A DNA stretch of 64,000 nt from a virus: positions 1 through 64,000 of IMG/VR virus record IMGVR_UViG_3300037153_000324; one strand, given 5' to 3'. Numbering within the stretch: the first letter of the stretch is position 1; the number at the start of each line of letters is the position of its first letter. Positions 1 to 8,099 of the stretch are shown one piece after another. The translations under genes and the position numbers were made by a program. Under the pieces are notes generated by a model that was not told the DNA's origin, ran no database searches, and worked only from the letters and a program-made list of their open reading frames with translations.

Positions 1-9
1 TCCGAGAAC

Positions 10-498
10 GTGACTTGGCAGCACAGTCCGAAGGGCAAGTGGTATCTCACCGAGGTTTTCAGGAATGAGCGCAGCGAGCTTGTCACTGACTACCGCGATT
101 TTCATTCGGAGTATTGCGATATCCCGGCCAAGCACGATATGGAGCAGGCTCGTCGTGATGCGCTGGTGCAGGAGGAGCAGCGTGAGCGCAAGACGGCTGC
201 TGCAAAGCGTGAGCGCATCGAGCGTGAGGAGCGTGAGCGTTATTTTCTCGCGCTGGTGGATATGACTCCCGAGGAACGGGGCAAGCGTATCGCTGAAATC
301 GAGCAGTGGTTGCGGAATTACAAAAATAATCCGCCGACGATGGATCACATGGTTGATTTCATGCGTGAGCAGCGCGAAGCTGAAGCTCGAAAGACCGAGT
401 TGGAATTCCTCAAGGCTCTGCCGCATCAACCAGAGATTCCGCAGGCCAAGAAGCCGGTTCGAAAGCGTCCTGTAAAGCGCACGACCAAGAAGGCTTGA
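10..498 (+). CDS. hypothetical early protein (coiled-coil, basic C-terminus); start may lie outside the window
   Basis: 162-aa ORF; stop TGA is embedded in the GCTTGACA promoter box. Confidence 0.7.
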   Translation: MTWQHSPKGKWYLTEVFRNERSELVTDYRDFHSEYCDIPAKHDMEQARRDALVQEEQRERKTAAAKRERIEREERERYFLALVDMTPEERGKRIAEIEQWLRNYKNNPPTMDHMVDFMREQREAEARKTELEFLKALPHQPEIPQAKKPVRKRPVKRTTKKA

Positions 499-513
499 CA
501 AGGCCGCTATAAT
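493..513 (+). promoter_or_regulatory. putative promoter GCTTGACA-N7-TATAAT
   Basis: TTGACA 495-500, TATAAT 508-513; one of four near-identical architectures. Confidence 0.65.
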
Positions 514-547
514 TACATTAGTGGCATTTTCCGACAGAGAGGCAAAT

Positions 548-769
548 ATGGTATACGACGACACAGCAATGATCCTTGACCGCTCAACGCCGGTCGCACG
601 CAAGACGCATTACTGCGACTGCTGCGAGGGAGTGATTCCGGCCGGTGAGAAGTACATGCGCGTGGTGAACAAGACTTTTGACGGTAAGCTCGTCATGGAG
701 AAATTTCACTACAGCAGCATGGAGTGCGCGATGGTGATGGAGCAGATGGTGATGGAGCAGGCGGAATGA
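548..769 (+). CDS. small Cys/His Zn-binding hypothetical protein
   Basis: ARKTHYCDCC...H...C motif; GAGAGG RBS inside the TCCGACAGAGAGG box before ATG 548. Confidence 0.7.
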   Translation: MVYDDTAMILDRSTPVARKTHYCDCCEGVIPAGEKYMRVVNKTFDGKLVMEKFHYSSMECAMVMEQMVMEQAE

Positions 770-1086
770 CAATCATGGCTCCGAAGTTCTCGCTTGGCAA
801 CATCGGAATTACGTCCGGCGCGATGCATGAGCTTTGTGAGGGGCGTGAGCAGGACGAGGTAATTCATGCCATGCGTCCGTTGCTTTGGAAGCACATGCAC
901 GGCGACTGGGGCAACGTCGATGCGCACGACAAGCGGGCAAACGAGGATGCGCTCAAGACGGGCGCTCGGATCGTGTCGAGCTACAAGCTTTTCAACGTCA
1001 AGCTCTGGATAATTACAGACGCGGCGTGGGGAGAGGACTCGCGCGTTCGGCAGGTAACGACCATTTTGCGGCCGTCTGATTATTGA
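766..1086 (+). CDS. conserved plasmid/phage hypothetical protein (HxxGDWG...WIITD...TTILxPxDY family)
   Basis: HMHGDWGNV..D..ANE.AL..G.RI.SSY and LWIITD...TTILRPSDY motifs typical of a widespread mobile-element family. Confidence 0.75.
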   Translation: MTIMAPKFSLGNIGITSGAMHELCEGREQDEVIHAMRPLLWKHMHGDWGNVDAHDKRANEDALKTGARIVSSYKLFNVKLWIITDAAWGEDSRVRQVTTILRPSDY

Positions 1087-1091
1087 CGGCC

Positions 1092-1113
1092 GCTTGACAC
1101 TTCCTGCTACAAT
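1092..1113 (+). promoter_or_regulatory. putative promoter GCTTGACA-N8-TACAAT driving a leaderless mRNA
   Basis: TTGACA 1094-1099, TGC-TACAAT 1105-1113, ATG at 1121 with no RBS. Confidence 0.65.
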
Positions 1114-1120
1114 TACATTC

Positions 1121-1387
1121 ATGGACACGCAGACCTTCACGCTCATACTGGACGGGAACAAGACTGCCGATGTGGTGGTCGAGGAATTTCATCCGGTCGA
1201 GCCAAGCGCATACGTTTGGGAGGCAGGCTGGACGTGCTACGACCTGAACACGGACACGGAGTATTTCGTGTCGCAGGCTGGCATCGTCTACAAGCAGCCC
1301 GAGAACAGGACGGTTGGAATCTGCCCCGTGGTCAAGGAGCAGGCCGACAAGCTCGAAGCTGAAATGGCAAAATGGGAGGAGAACTGA
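1121..1387 (+). CDS. hypothetical protein (leaderless)
   Basis: ORF; ATG 7 nt after the -10 hexamer. Confidence 0.7.
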   Translation: MDTQTFTLILDGNKTADVVVEEFHPVEPSAYVWEAGWTCYDLNTDTEYFVSQAGIVYKQPENRTVGICPVVKEQADKLEAEMAKWEEN

Positions 1388-1388
1388 C

Positions 1389-1550
1389 GTGCCTCTGAAT
1401 TTCACGGCTCAGTACACCGTGGAAGTGATGGCCGACGGGAAGATTTGGGTCATCACCGTTACCGCGACGAGCAAAGCTCACGCGAGAGAGGTTGCGCTTG
1501 AAAAGTGCAATATCTCCGCGAGAGTGCTATCTCCTACCAAGGAAGGATGA
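1389..1550 (+). CDS. small hypothetical protein
   Basis: GGAGGAG RBS then GTG 1389; part of ORF 1314..1550. Confidence 0.6.
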   Translation: MPLNFTAQYTVEVMADGKIWVITVTATSKAHAREVALEKCNISARVLSPTKEG

Positions 1551-1798
1551 AAATGTCCGAGACATTGACGCTCGACCAGTGCGAACAGGTCTACATGGAC
1601 GGTTGCGCCGATGAAATATCCGGCGATGTGGAAGCGCCTATGGGACACTTCTACCGTGTCGGTCGCTTCATCGTCACGACCGACTCGCAGGGATTTCACA
1701 GCCTGAGCGAGTATGCCGATGAGGAGACTGCCCACTACGAATTCGAGCAGGCCGCAGTCGCGTACGCCGAGTGGGATAGCTGGAATGACGACGCTTGA
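1547..1798 (+). CDS. acidic hypothetical protein
   Basis: AAGGAAGG RBS, ATGA overlap with the previous gene. Confidence 0.7.
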   Translation: MKMSETLTLDQCEQVYMDGCADEISGDVEAPMGHFYRVGRFIVTTDSQGFHSLSEYADEETAHYEFEQAAVAYAEWDSWNDDA

Positions 1799-1814
1799 CA
1801 GCGTGCGCTATGAT
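1793..1814 (+). promoter_or_regulatory. putative promoter GCTTGACA-N8-TATGAT
   Basis: TTGACA 1795-1800, TATGAT 1809-1814. Confidence 0.6.
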
Positions 1815-1820
1815 GGGTGC

Positions 1821-1884
1821 GTTCCTTCTCTGTCGGAGGGATGAGCACAAGAGGGGCCGGGATTCTTCCCGGCCCTTTCTTTTT
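1821..1884 (+). ncRNA. candidate antisense sRNA (~65 nt), 5' seed UUCCUUCUCUGUCGGA
   Basis: bounded by a promoter and an intrinsic terminator, no ORF, 5' end complementary to the repeated TCCGACAGAGA leader box. Confidence 0.5.
1854..1884 (+). terminator. intrinsic terminator
   Basis: GGGCCGGGA-TTCT-TCCCGGCCC followed by TTTCTTTTT. Confidence 0.85.
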
Positions 1885-1973
1885 GCGCTCGCGCCGAAAT
1901 TCCACACCGGGGCCGAGTAGCTCGCGCCAGATCGCGCCAACCACGCCGCGCCGACCGCGCCGACGCCTGCTCT

Positions 1974-2129
1974 GAGGCCATAGGAGCCGTTCTCAGCTTT
2001 AGGGGTACTCCGGACTGCATTTCGGCTAGCGTGGCCTTAGAAGCCTTCTAAGGCACGTTTCCGGCGATCCTGGCTACCAGGCTCAACGTCACCTAGCCCA
2101 CCTGAGAGGCCACAGGAGCCGTTCTAAGC
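1974..2129. repeat. 24-bp imperfect direct repeat GAGGCCAYAGGAGCCGTTCTMAGC
   Basis: copies at 1974-1997 and 2106-2129, 22/24 identical. Confidence 0.7.
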
Positions 2130-2486
2130 CCTTCCGAGGGGTCGGGAAGGGTCTAGCCCTGTCTTGAGGCTACGCAAGTGCGAGCGAAGCTGCTACGACG
2201 TGAAACTGTACGGAATCTGAAGTTTGTGCTCAGCACCTAGCGCGAAACTGAAGATTTCGCGGCCCAAATTTTTTCAGGATGCCCATGTTCAGAGTGACCC
2301 TCCCGACTGGCGGGTGATAGTATCACTCTACAATTTCACTTTACATTCCGGTTGGCTTTCGAATTCCCATTCGGCAGAATTCGGCCCCGGCTTAGCAGAA
2401 TTTCATGGCGGTAGATTTCTCGGGGGATTCAACATTCCAGGAAATTACATCTGAAATGTATTCCGCCGTCGATCTGCTACTCACAC

Positions 2487-2508
2487 AGTATAGTCGAGCT
2501 TGTCAAGC
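2487..2508 (-). promoter_or_regulatory. putative leftward promoter GCTTGACA-N8-TATACT
   Basis: plus strand AGTATA 2487-2492 and TGTCAA 2501-2506. Confidence 0.6.
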
Positions 2509-2575
2509 GCTAAAGATTCCCGTTGAAATTACGCTGTAATTCTAGAGTGTTGTCGTGGCTGACAACATGAATGCC

Positions 2576-2606
2576 AAAAAAAAGCCCCGGATTTCTCCGG
2601 GGCTTC
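2576..2606 (-). terminator. intrinsic terminator of the leftward operon
   Basis: AAGCCCCGGA-loop-TCCGGGGCTT with a poly-U tail on the minus strand. Confidence 0.85.
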
Positions 2607-2616
2607 AATGATCTAG

Positions 2617-2811
2617 CTAGGCATCCAAGATGTTGTAATCGAGATACAAATTACCCTCGATATCATCTCGAATCTCTTTCTGTGCATTCTCGATCAATTC
2701 GAGAACCGACCACGGCTGAAATTCATCCTGGTCTAATTCCCATTTACGTTCGAGAATTGCATCGGCGTAAGCGGCGCAAACATCCTCCGCCGCGATGCGA
2801 CGATTACGCAT
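2617..2811 (-). CDS. acidic hypothetical protein (5' end uncertain)
   Basis: 64-aa ORF; the RBS box at 2892-2909 opens a different 26-aa frame. Confidence 0.5.
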   Translation of the reverse strand: MRNRRIAAEDVCAAYADAILERKWELDQDEFQPWSVLELIENAQKEIRDDIEGNLYLDYNILDA

Positions 2812-2913
2812 GGAAACGCACTGGAAATAGCAGGATAAGCTCGACTATCCCAAGCAGAATCCACGGCCGTCGAATCAGATACATTTCATTTCTCCTGTTC
2901 TCTGTCGGAATGT

Positions 2914-4065
2914 AATTGCACGGTTTCACAGAGAGGCGAAATTCCACTCTCTGTCGGAGTTTTGTTTCCGTTATGCCTTGCCCATAAGCTCACGCAATGC
3001 GGCTCTGAGCATTTCGTTCATTTCTTCCTCAGGAAATGATGTTGCCATTCTCTCCACTGTAATTTCCAGCTTTGAGTTTTCGGCGTTGTAATTCACTCCC
3101 CAAGGAATCGAGTTATCTCCGCGTCCCATTCCCATCGTAATATCCCATTTTCGGCTTTCTCCGTGAAGGATATATGCCATCAATGCGAACGTCCGATATG
3201 ACGCAGGAGATAGCATCGGAGAAAACGAAGTGAAATCCACTACTTCGTTTTCCTTTTTCACTCGAATGTACGTGTTTTGCAGGCCGTTATCTTTTGTCTG
3301 CCTATACGTTCCGCGTAGTCGATAGTGAAATACAATTTCACTGTCAACGCCAGCGGATTCGAGAGAGTATGCGACCTTGCAAAGCCAGACATTGAATGCA
3401 TTGACAATTTCAGCGCTAGTTGTTGAAGCGAAACTAACGAGAATGTCCAATGAAATACCTGGAATTGCATCTCGCTTTGTGAATTCCGAATACGGTTTGT
3501 CATCGCCCGATAGCATCATATCGAAGTGAAATTCGTCGCCATCCTCATCGAAACGGAATTTCCGTTTTTCACGAATAGGCGGCACGAATTCCTCTAGTCC
3601 ATGAATTTCGGCCGATTGGAAACCGTTAGCTAGCCAATCCCGCAATTGCGCGAGTGTATAGCCATGCCAATGACTGTTCATATTTAGCAGGAATTGATTG
3701 ATTGCCCTAACGCTAGCTGCTCTGAAATTCGGAGCAACGTTATTTGCGAGGACAGTCGAAACAAACTCCTTTAGTTCCGACCAGTCAATTGAAAATTCCG
3801 GCTCTTTTGTTGCCGGAACGATCATGCCGAATTCACCCGCAACGGGTATGTAATTCGGCTTTGGCTCATTCGGAATTGCCGGGCTTTGGGAATCGAAACA
3901 ATGCTCGCAAAGAGCACCACGAATTCCTTTCTGCCATCCGACCTTGCTACCCGCCAGATATGGCGTTTGGCAAGATCGGCATTTTCCGGCATATCGCGAT
4001 GTAATTAGCTTCACAGTGGCTTCCTTTCTTTGTGAAATTTAGCCCCTCTGTGAAACCGTGCAATT
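2914..4065. repeat. 34-bp inverted repeat pair enclosing the VWA-like gene
   Basis: arms 2914-2947 and 4032-4065, 31/34 complementary. Confidence 0.9.
2971..4014 (-). CDS. Zn-finger plus VWA-like partner of a MoxR/CobS-type AAA+ ATPase
   Basis: N-terminal CxxC...CxxC; C-terminal alpha/beta region (...LESAGVDSEIV); adjacent to the AAA gene; GAAAGGAAG RBS. Confidence 0.6.
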   Translation of the reverse strand: MKLITSRYAGKCRSCQTPYLAGSKVGWQKGIRGALCEHCFDSQSPAIPNEPKPNYIPVAGEFGMIVPATKEPEFSIDWSELKEFVSTVLANNVAPNFRAASVRAINQFLLNMNSHWHGYTLAQLRDWLANGFQSAEIHGLEEFVPPIREKRKFRFDEDGDEFHFDMMLSGDDKPYSEFTKRDAIPGISLDILVSFASTTSAEIVNAFNVWLCKVAYSLESAGVDSEIVFHYRLRGTYRQTKDNGLQNTYIRVKKENEVVDFTSFSPMLSPASYRTFALMAYILHGESRKWDITMGMGRGDNSIPWGVNYNAENSKLEITVERMATSFPEEEMNEMLRAALRELMGKA

Positions 4066-4128
4066 TCTTTTTTTCTGTAAAGCCACTCAATTGAATCCCG
4101 CCGTTTTCTGCCGGGAGGGAATTACCTT

Positions 4129-5532
4129 TTAGTTACCGTTGAGCGACCGCATATTCTCCTCGAAAACGCGAGTGAAATAATCACGCTCCAAGCGCGTATC
4201 CAACTCGATTCGAACACGACCCATATTCCAACGGTCGAGTGTTGCAGCGTCCAATTTCTCGCGGCCCGTATACTGACGATTTGCTCCGAGTCCGAGTGTA
4301 TTGGCGCAGGCAGTCGCAATGAAATTGCGACTCCGATTTACGAATGCGCCTTTCACCGAATTGTAGAGCTTATCGCCCGCAAGAGCGTTGTTTAGGACGA
4401 GCAACATTCCCGCGTCAGCGGAGTCCATTTCCTCGAAATTGAACACGCCGCCTTGCCCGTAGATAGTGTCGAATTCGGCAGGGATAAAACCGGACAAAGT
4501 GCCGGTTCTATATGCATCGACAATTTCATCCTTCCATTCTGTCAACTCGTCCGAGTCAGACGGAATGGAATTCAGAATTCCAGCGAGCAATTGCGACTGT
4601 GCCATACCCGAGCCAGTGTAACGGCCGAGCAAGTCACCTCTTGTAATTCCGGGTGACATTGCCGTTTCACCGTAGGGCATTTCGAGGTAATCGGCTAGCT
4701 GAGAAAGCAGGGTCGATTTACCCGTACCTTTTGGCCCGACAAGGAAGATCGGCTGACGCGCTTCTGCGAGCAAAAGCACGTAACCGAACATTGCATGAAA
4801 TTCCTTGCCGTTTTCCGGCTTCGTGATGTTGCGCTTTTTCATTACGTCCGATGAAAACGTCACAAAATCGAACTTTGAAATTCCGATTTCATTACGTGCC
4901 TCATCCGGCCAATGCATTGTCATTGCGTCGAGCAATGCATTGGCAGGAATTCCGCGCGGAATCAATTTCGATCCCGCTTCCAACGGGCGCATTCCAATCG
5001 AGTCAATCGACTGAGAAAGCCGATCCCGATTTTCACAGAGAGTACGGGCGCGAATTACACCCGAATAAAACATCTCCCATTCACTGCGCAATTTCACTTT
5101 GCCGCTTGCCTGAGGCGTGGCAGGCTCATCCTCCGGCTCATCCTCGTCCGTAAGCTCGTCCGAGGGTTCGTCCGTAGGCTCATCCTCATCCTCATCCTCG
5201 TCCGGCTCATCCTCGTCCGGCTCATCCGATGAAATTGGGGACGAAATAGGTTCCGAAATCGACCTATCCTGATCTTCGGAGTGTTGCGTCGAAATTGTCG
5301 GATCAAGAATACGAAAGACCCGATGAATTTCATGATGCAGCATTTCATACTGCTCACTCATTGGCTTTGGGATTCGACGGCCATTTACATTAGCCTTGAA
5401 TACCAAAGTCTGAGCAGTAACGAGCGGCTTTAGTGCATCGTAAACCTGCCGCCTTGTCATGCCGCGATTTGCAAGTTCCGCGATCATATGACGATTGGAA
5501 CCCTTACGCCACGTTTTTCTGTTTATAGCCAC
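4129..5532 (-). CDS. MoxR/CbbQ/CobS-like AAA+ ATPase with acidic linker
   Basis: Walker A GPKGTGKS, Walker B FNFEEMD, ACANT sensor, LDAATLDRW Arg finger; GAAAGG RBS before GTG 5532. Confidence 0.85.
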   Translation of the reverse strand: MAINRKTWRKGSNRHMIAELANRGMTRRQVYDALKPLVTAQTLVFKANVNGRRIPKPMSEQYEMLHHEIHRVFRILDPTISTQHSEDQDRSISEPISSPISSDEPDEDEPDEDEDEDEPTDEPSDELTDEDEPEDEPATPQASGKVKLRSEWEMFYSGVIRARTLCENRDRLSQSIDSIGMRPLEAGSKLIPRGIPANALLDAMTMHWPDEARNEIGISKFDFVTFSSDVMKKRNITKPENGKEFHAMFGYVLLLAEARQPIFLVGPKGTGKSTLLSQLADYLEMPYGETAMSPGITRGDLLGRYTGSGMAQSQLLAGILNSIPSDSDELTEWKDEIVDAYRTGTLSGFIPAEFDTIYGQGGVFNFEEMDSADAGMLLVLNNALAGDKLYNSVKGAFVNRSRNFIATACANTLGLGANRQYTGREKLDAATLDRWNMGRVRIELDTRLERDYFTRVFEENMRSLNGN

Positions 5533-5568
5533 TTGAATTACCTTTCTGTTTTCGTTCTCTGTCGGATA

Positions 5569-5790
5569 GGACGGCCTCAATAAAGCGGTCGAATGAAATT
5601 CGAAGATTACTGCTTACTTAGCGGTCGGACGAACCTTACCCTTACTCGGAATTCCGAGCTTAGCAGACGTGCGATTTGCGTACAGCCTATTCGATGCGAC
5701 AGCCCTATAGCGCTGCCATTGCCTGTCGGATTTGATGAGCATAATTTCATTCTCACTTTCTTCCATCCGACCGCTTTATTGAGGCCATCC
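5569..5790. repeat. 27-bp nested inverted repeat pair enclosing a 42-aa ORF
   Basis: arms 5569-5595 and 5764-5790; both mismatches are G-U on the minus strand. Confidence 0.9.
5614..5742 (-). CDS. small basic protein MLIKSDRQWQRYRAVASNRLYANRTSAKLGIPSKGKVRPTAK
   Basis: translated by hand; GAAAGTGAGAATGAAA leader shared with ORF 6329..6424. Confidence 0.6.
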   Translation of the reverse strand: MLIKSDRQWQRYRAVASNRLYANRTSAKLGIPSKGKVRPTAK

Positions 5791-5842
5791 GTTTGTGATT
5801 CCCGGCAGAAAAACAGTGGGATTCAAGTGAATGGCTTTACAG

Positions 5843-6257
5843 TCTCAGACTGCCCGTTCAAACACTCTAAAGCGGATGAAATTGCTAGGTGTTTAGCAGT
5901 AGTACCTTCCGCAAATTACATCCTCACCGAATTCCCCAACATACTTGAAAAGTTTGCCGGAAAAGAAAGTCTCAGTGACGATCAAATCCCAACCTCGAAA
6001 TTCAAGATTCATTGGGATAGCTTCGGTGTCGTTCAGGTCGTAAATCTGACCCTTATAGCGGATGAAATCTCTGCCATCCTCACCGGCATCAATTTTCTGC
6101 CAGTCTAGATAGTCGAATTCCTCACGCTCTTTCGCCGTTAGTTCGTCCGCTCGAATTACATTCCGAGGGACATTGTTTGTGATAACGGTAATGCCCATTT
6201 TGTTTCCTCTCTGTCGGATGAAATCCGCTAAAGAGTGTTTGAATGGACAGTCTGAGA
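5843..6257. repeat. 35-bp inverted repeat pair enclosing a 101-aa gene
   Basis: arms 5843-5877 and 6223-6257. Confidence 0.9.
5893..6198 (-). CDS. conserved phage hypothetical protein
   Basis: TCCGACAGAGAGGAA RBS box before ATG 6198 (MGITVITNN...). Confidence 0.75.
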   Translation of the reverse strand: MGITVITNNVPRNVIRADELTAKEREEFDYLDWQKIDAGEDGRDFIRYKGQIYDLNDTEAIPMNLEFRGWDLIVTETFFSGKLFKYVGEFGEDVICGRYYC

Positions 6258-6259
6258 AA

Positions 6260-6481
6260 CCCTGCAATTGCACTTGATTGAGCGGCTAACAATTTCAGTT
6301 TATGCGAGCGAAAACCGAGTGAGGATTACTAGGACATTATCCACCGATAGAAGCGGACGTAAGCGTAAACGGCTAGTGCAAGGTAAAGCGTTTCGACTGC
6401 TAGCCAATAAGCGGTCATTTTCATTCTCACTTTCTGTCGGAGAGTGAAATTGCAGCCGCTCGATCAAGTGCAATTACAGGG
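6260..6481. repeat. 28-bp (extendable) inverted repeat pair enclosing a 31-aa ORF
   Basis: arms 6260-6287 and 6454-6481. Confidence 0.9.
6329..6424 (-). CDS. small single-TM peptide MKMTAYWLAVETLYLALAVYAYVRFYRWIMS
   Basis: translated by hand; TCCGACAGAAAGTGAG leader. Confidence 0.6.
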   Translation of the reverse strand: MKMTAYWLAVETLYLALAVYAYVRFYRWIMS

Positions 6482-6995
6482 ACGCTACTTGCCCGTAATA
6501 GTATCCGAGGATTCTCGCGACTTATTTGGATTTTCATTGCGGCCCTGACTCGAATTTACCGGGGTAATGTCGGGTAAGCGTAACCGTTGCTTTCACGGTC
6601 AGAGTTTCCGACTAGCCGGGTAAATTACATTCCGGGAGTTATGCGCAGATTTTCCGCCGAATTTCAGGACTGAGGGAATCCGTAGACCCGTTTCCTAACT
6701 GAAATTACGCGAGAATAACCCTCGTGGACTTGCCACGGGATTAGCGTCAAATTTTCATCGGCCGACCACAGAAATCGCAGGTAAATCTATCGCTTTTCGG
6801 AACTACGTCCTACGTGCGTCATTTTGATCCGTTTATGCGTCAATTCGGTGAAATTGTAGGGAAGAGACTCGCTCGATTCCGGCCCGGTATAAACACGGGG
6901 AATTTCACTTTTTATCGGCTACTAGATCGCAATATCGCACGCATCCGAGCGCGTAATCAGATTGCGCCGCTTTAGCGTGAAAAACCGATGTAATT
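6481..6995 (-). ncRNA. two candidate multi-stem structured RNA domains (6481-6748, 6750-6995)
   Basis: nested complementary pairs GACGCTA/TAGCGTC, ATTCTCGCG/CGCGAGAAT, AATTTACC/GGTAAATT, GTGAAATT/AATTTCAC; no ORF; strand assumed from the operon. Confidence 0.5.
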
Positions 6996-8099
6996 GTCAA
7001 AAATCAATGAGGCACGGCAAACCGTAAATTCCGCGCGGCTGGCATAGTCACAGCGGGGCAAAATCAAGAGGGAATGAGACGACGCTAATTCCAGCGTGAA
7101 AGCGGGAGAAAAATCCTCGCGCACACTCGCACGCCGAAACGCTTGTCCGTCACAAGAGCAGGCTTGCGCCTGTCTCGCCCGTGCCTCGATTTTCAAAGAG
7201 CGTAAAATCCGCTTCGCGGATTTTATGGGCAGTCGCAAGGGTTCACAAGGCTTGCCCGGACAGAAAACTCGCAATTTGCGGGAATTTCATTTCAGGGAAG
7301 GTCGATTTTCGGCGTTTTCGCAGAATTGGGCGATTTCTACGGAGCGTTACCGAAATCGGCAACGAAATTTGAGCGTTGTCGGCTTCGGCGACGCTTCGAT
7401 GAAATTGTGCTGTTTTGCAGGGATTTTGCCCCTCTGAAAAAACGAAATTTCACATTTCGACCCCACTAGGTCTAGTGCGGCAGGAATGACGCGACGAATT
7501 CGACCGAATCGACCTGACGCCGTTTCTCGACAATTTCATTGGAACCGGGCTTTTTCCGGTCGGAACGGTTCCAGAATCCCGCCAGGCCGTTTCTCCACAA
7601 TTTCATTCTCCGACCTTACGCGCCCGACCCTAATTCGCCCAAAACGGCGGATGAGGATTCTCGCGCAATTACATTGCAGGGACTCCTCATTGCCCTGTAG
7701 GCAAACACTGAAATTCGGGAACAATGACGCTCTGCCATTCCAACGCCGCTCACCCTAGGACAGTTCTCCGACCCCACGAATTTGCAGTGTTGCCCGTTCT
7801 GAGAATTACATTCGGCTATTCCAGAATCCCTCTCGCGAGAGGCAACAAAATTGCGGTTATTTGAAGCAGGGTGAATTCCCTGTAATCATGCGGTGTTGCC
7901 AAGAATTTCAACAGAATCATTTTCGGCGGTTTAGGAAAATTATACAGTAGACAACTACTCTCTACCTGCCTGCTTTACGATGCCAATTTCATAGAAACGT
8001 CCAAAAACTCCGCTCATACCCCGGCCCAGAGCATGAATTACAAAGCCATTTTTCCACCCATTTCTAGACCTCTTGAATAACGGTTCAATCGACCTAGGG

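Larger units (their letters stand above)
4075..5842. repeat. 42/43-bp inverted repeat pair enclosing the AAA gene and a nested unit
   Basis: arms 4075-4116 and 5800-5842. Confidence 0.9.

Noticed and set aside
2617-2890. Stop-codon reassignment or recoding in the last gene of the leftward operon
   Set aside because: The frame upstream of 2811 has both TGA and TAG, and all three stops are used normally elsewhere; a separate 26-aa ORF, decay or a sequence error is simpler.
5593-6108. 171-aa plus-strand ORF, and the N-terminal extensions of ORFs 5893..6273 and 4129..5580
   Set aside because: Antisense to genes with clear RBS boxes; the shared SDCPFKHS peptide is just the inverted repeat translated on both strands.
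530-6442. CRISPR-like array from the TCCGACAGAGA repeats
   Set aside because: Repeats are only 10-15 bp, irregularly spaced by whole genes and tied to RBSs; the Cas4-like gene is an ordinary phage exonuclease in the recombination module.
2914-6481. IS/MITE terminal inverted repeats or integron attC cassettes
   Set aside because: Each pair has a different sequence, there are no target-site duplications, no transposase or integrase is in the window, and the arms enclose genes rather than forming local attC hairpins.
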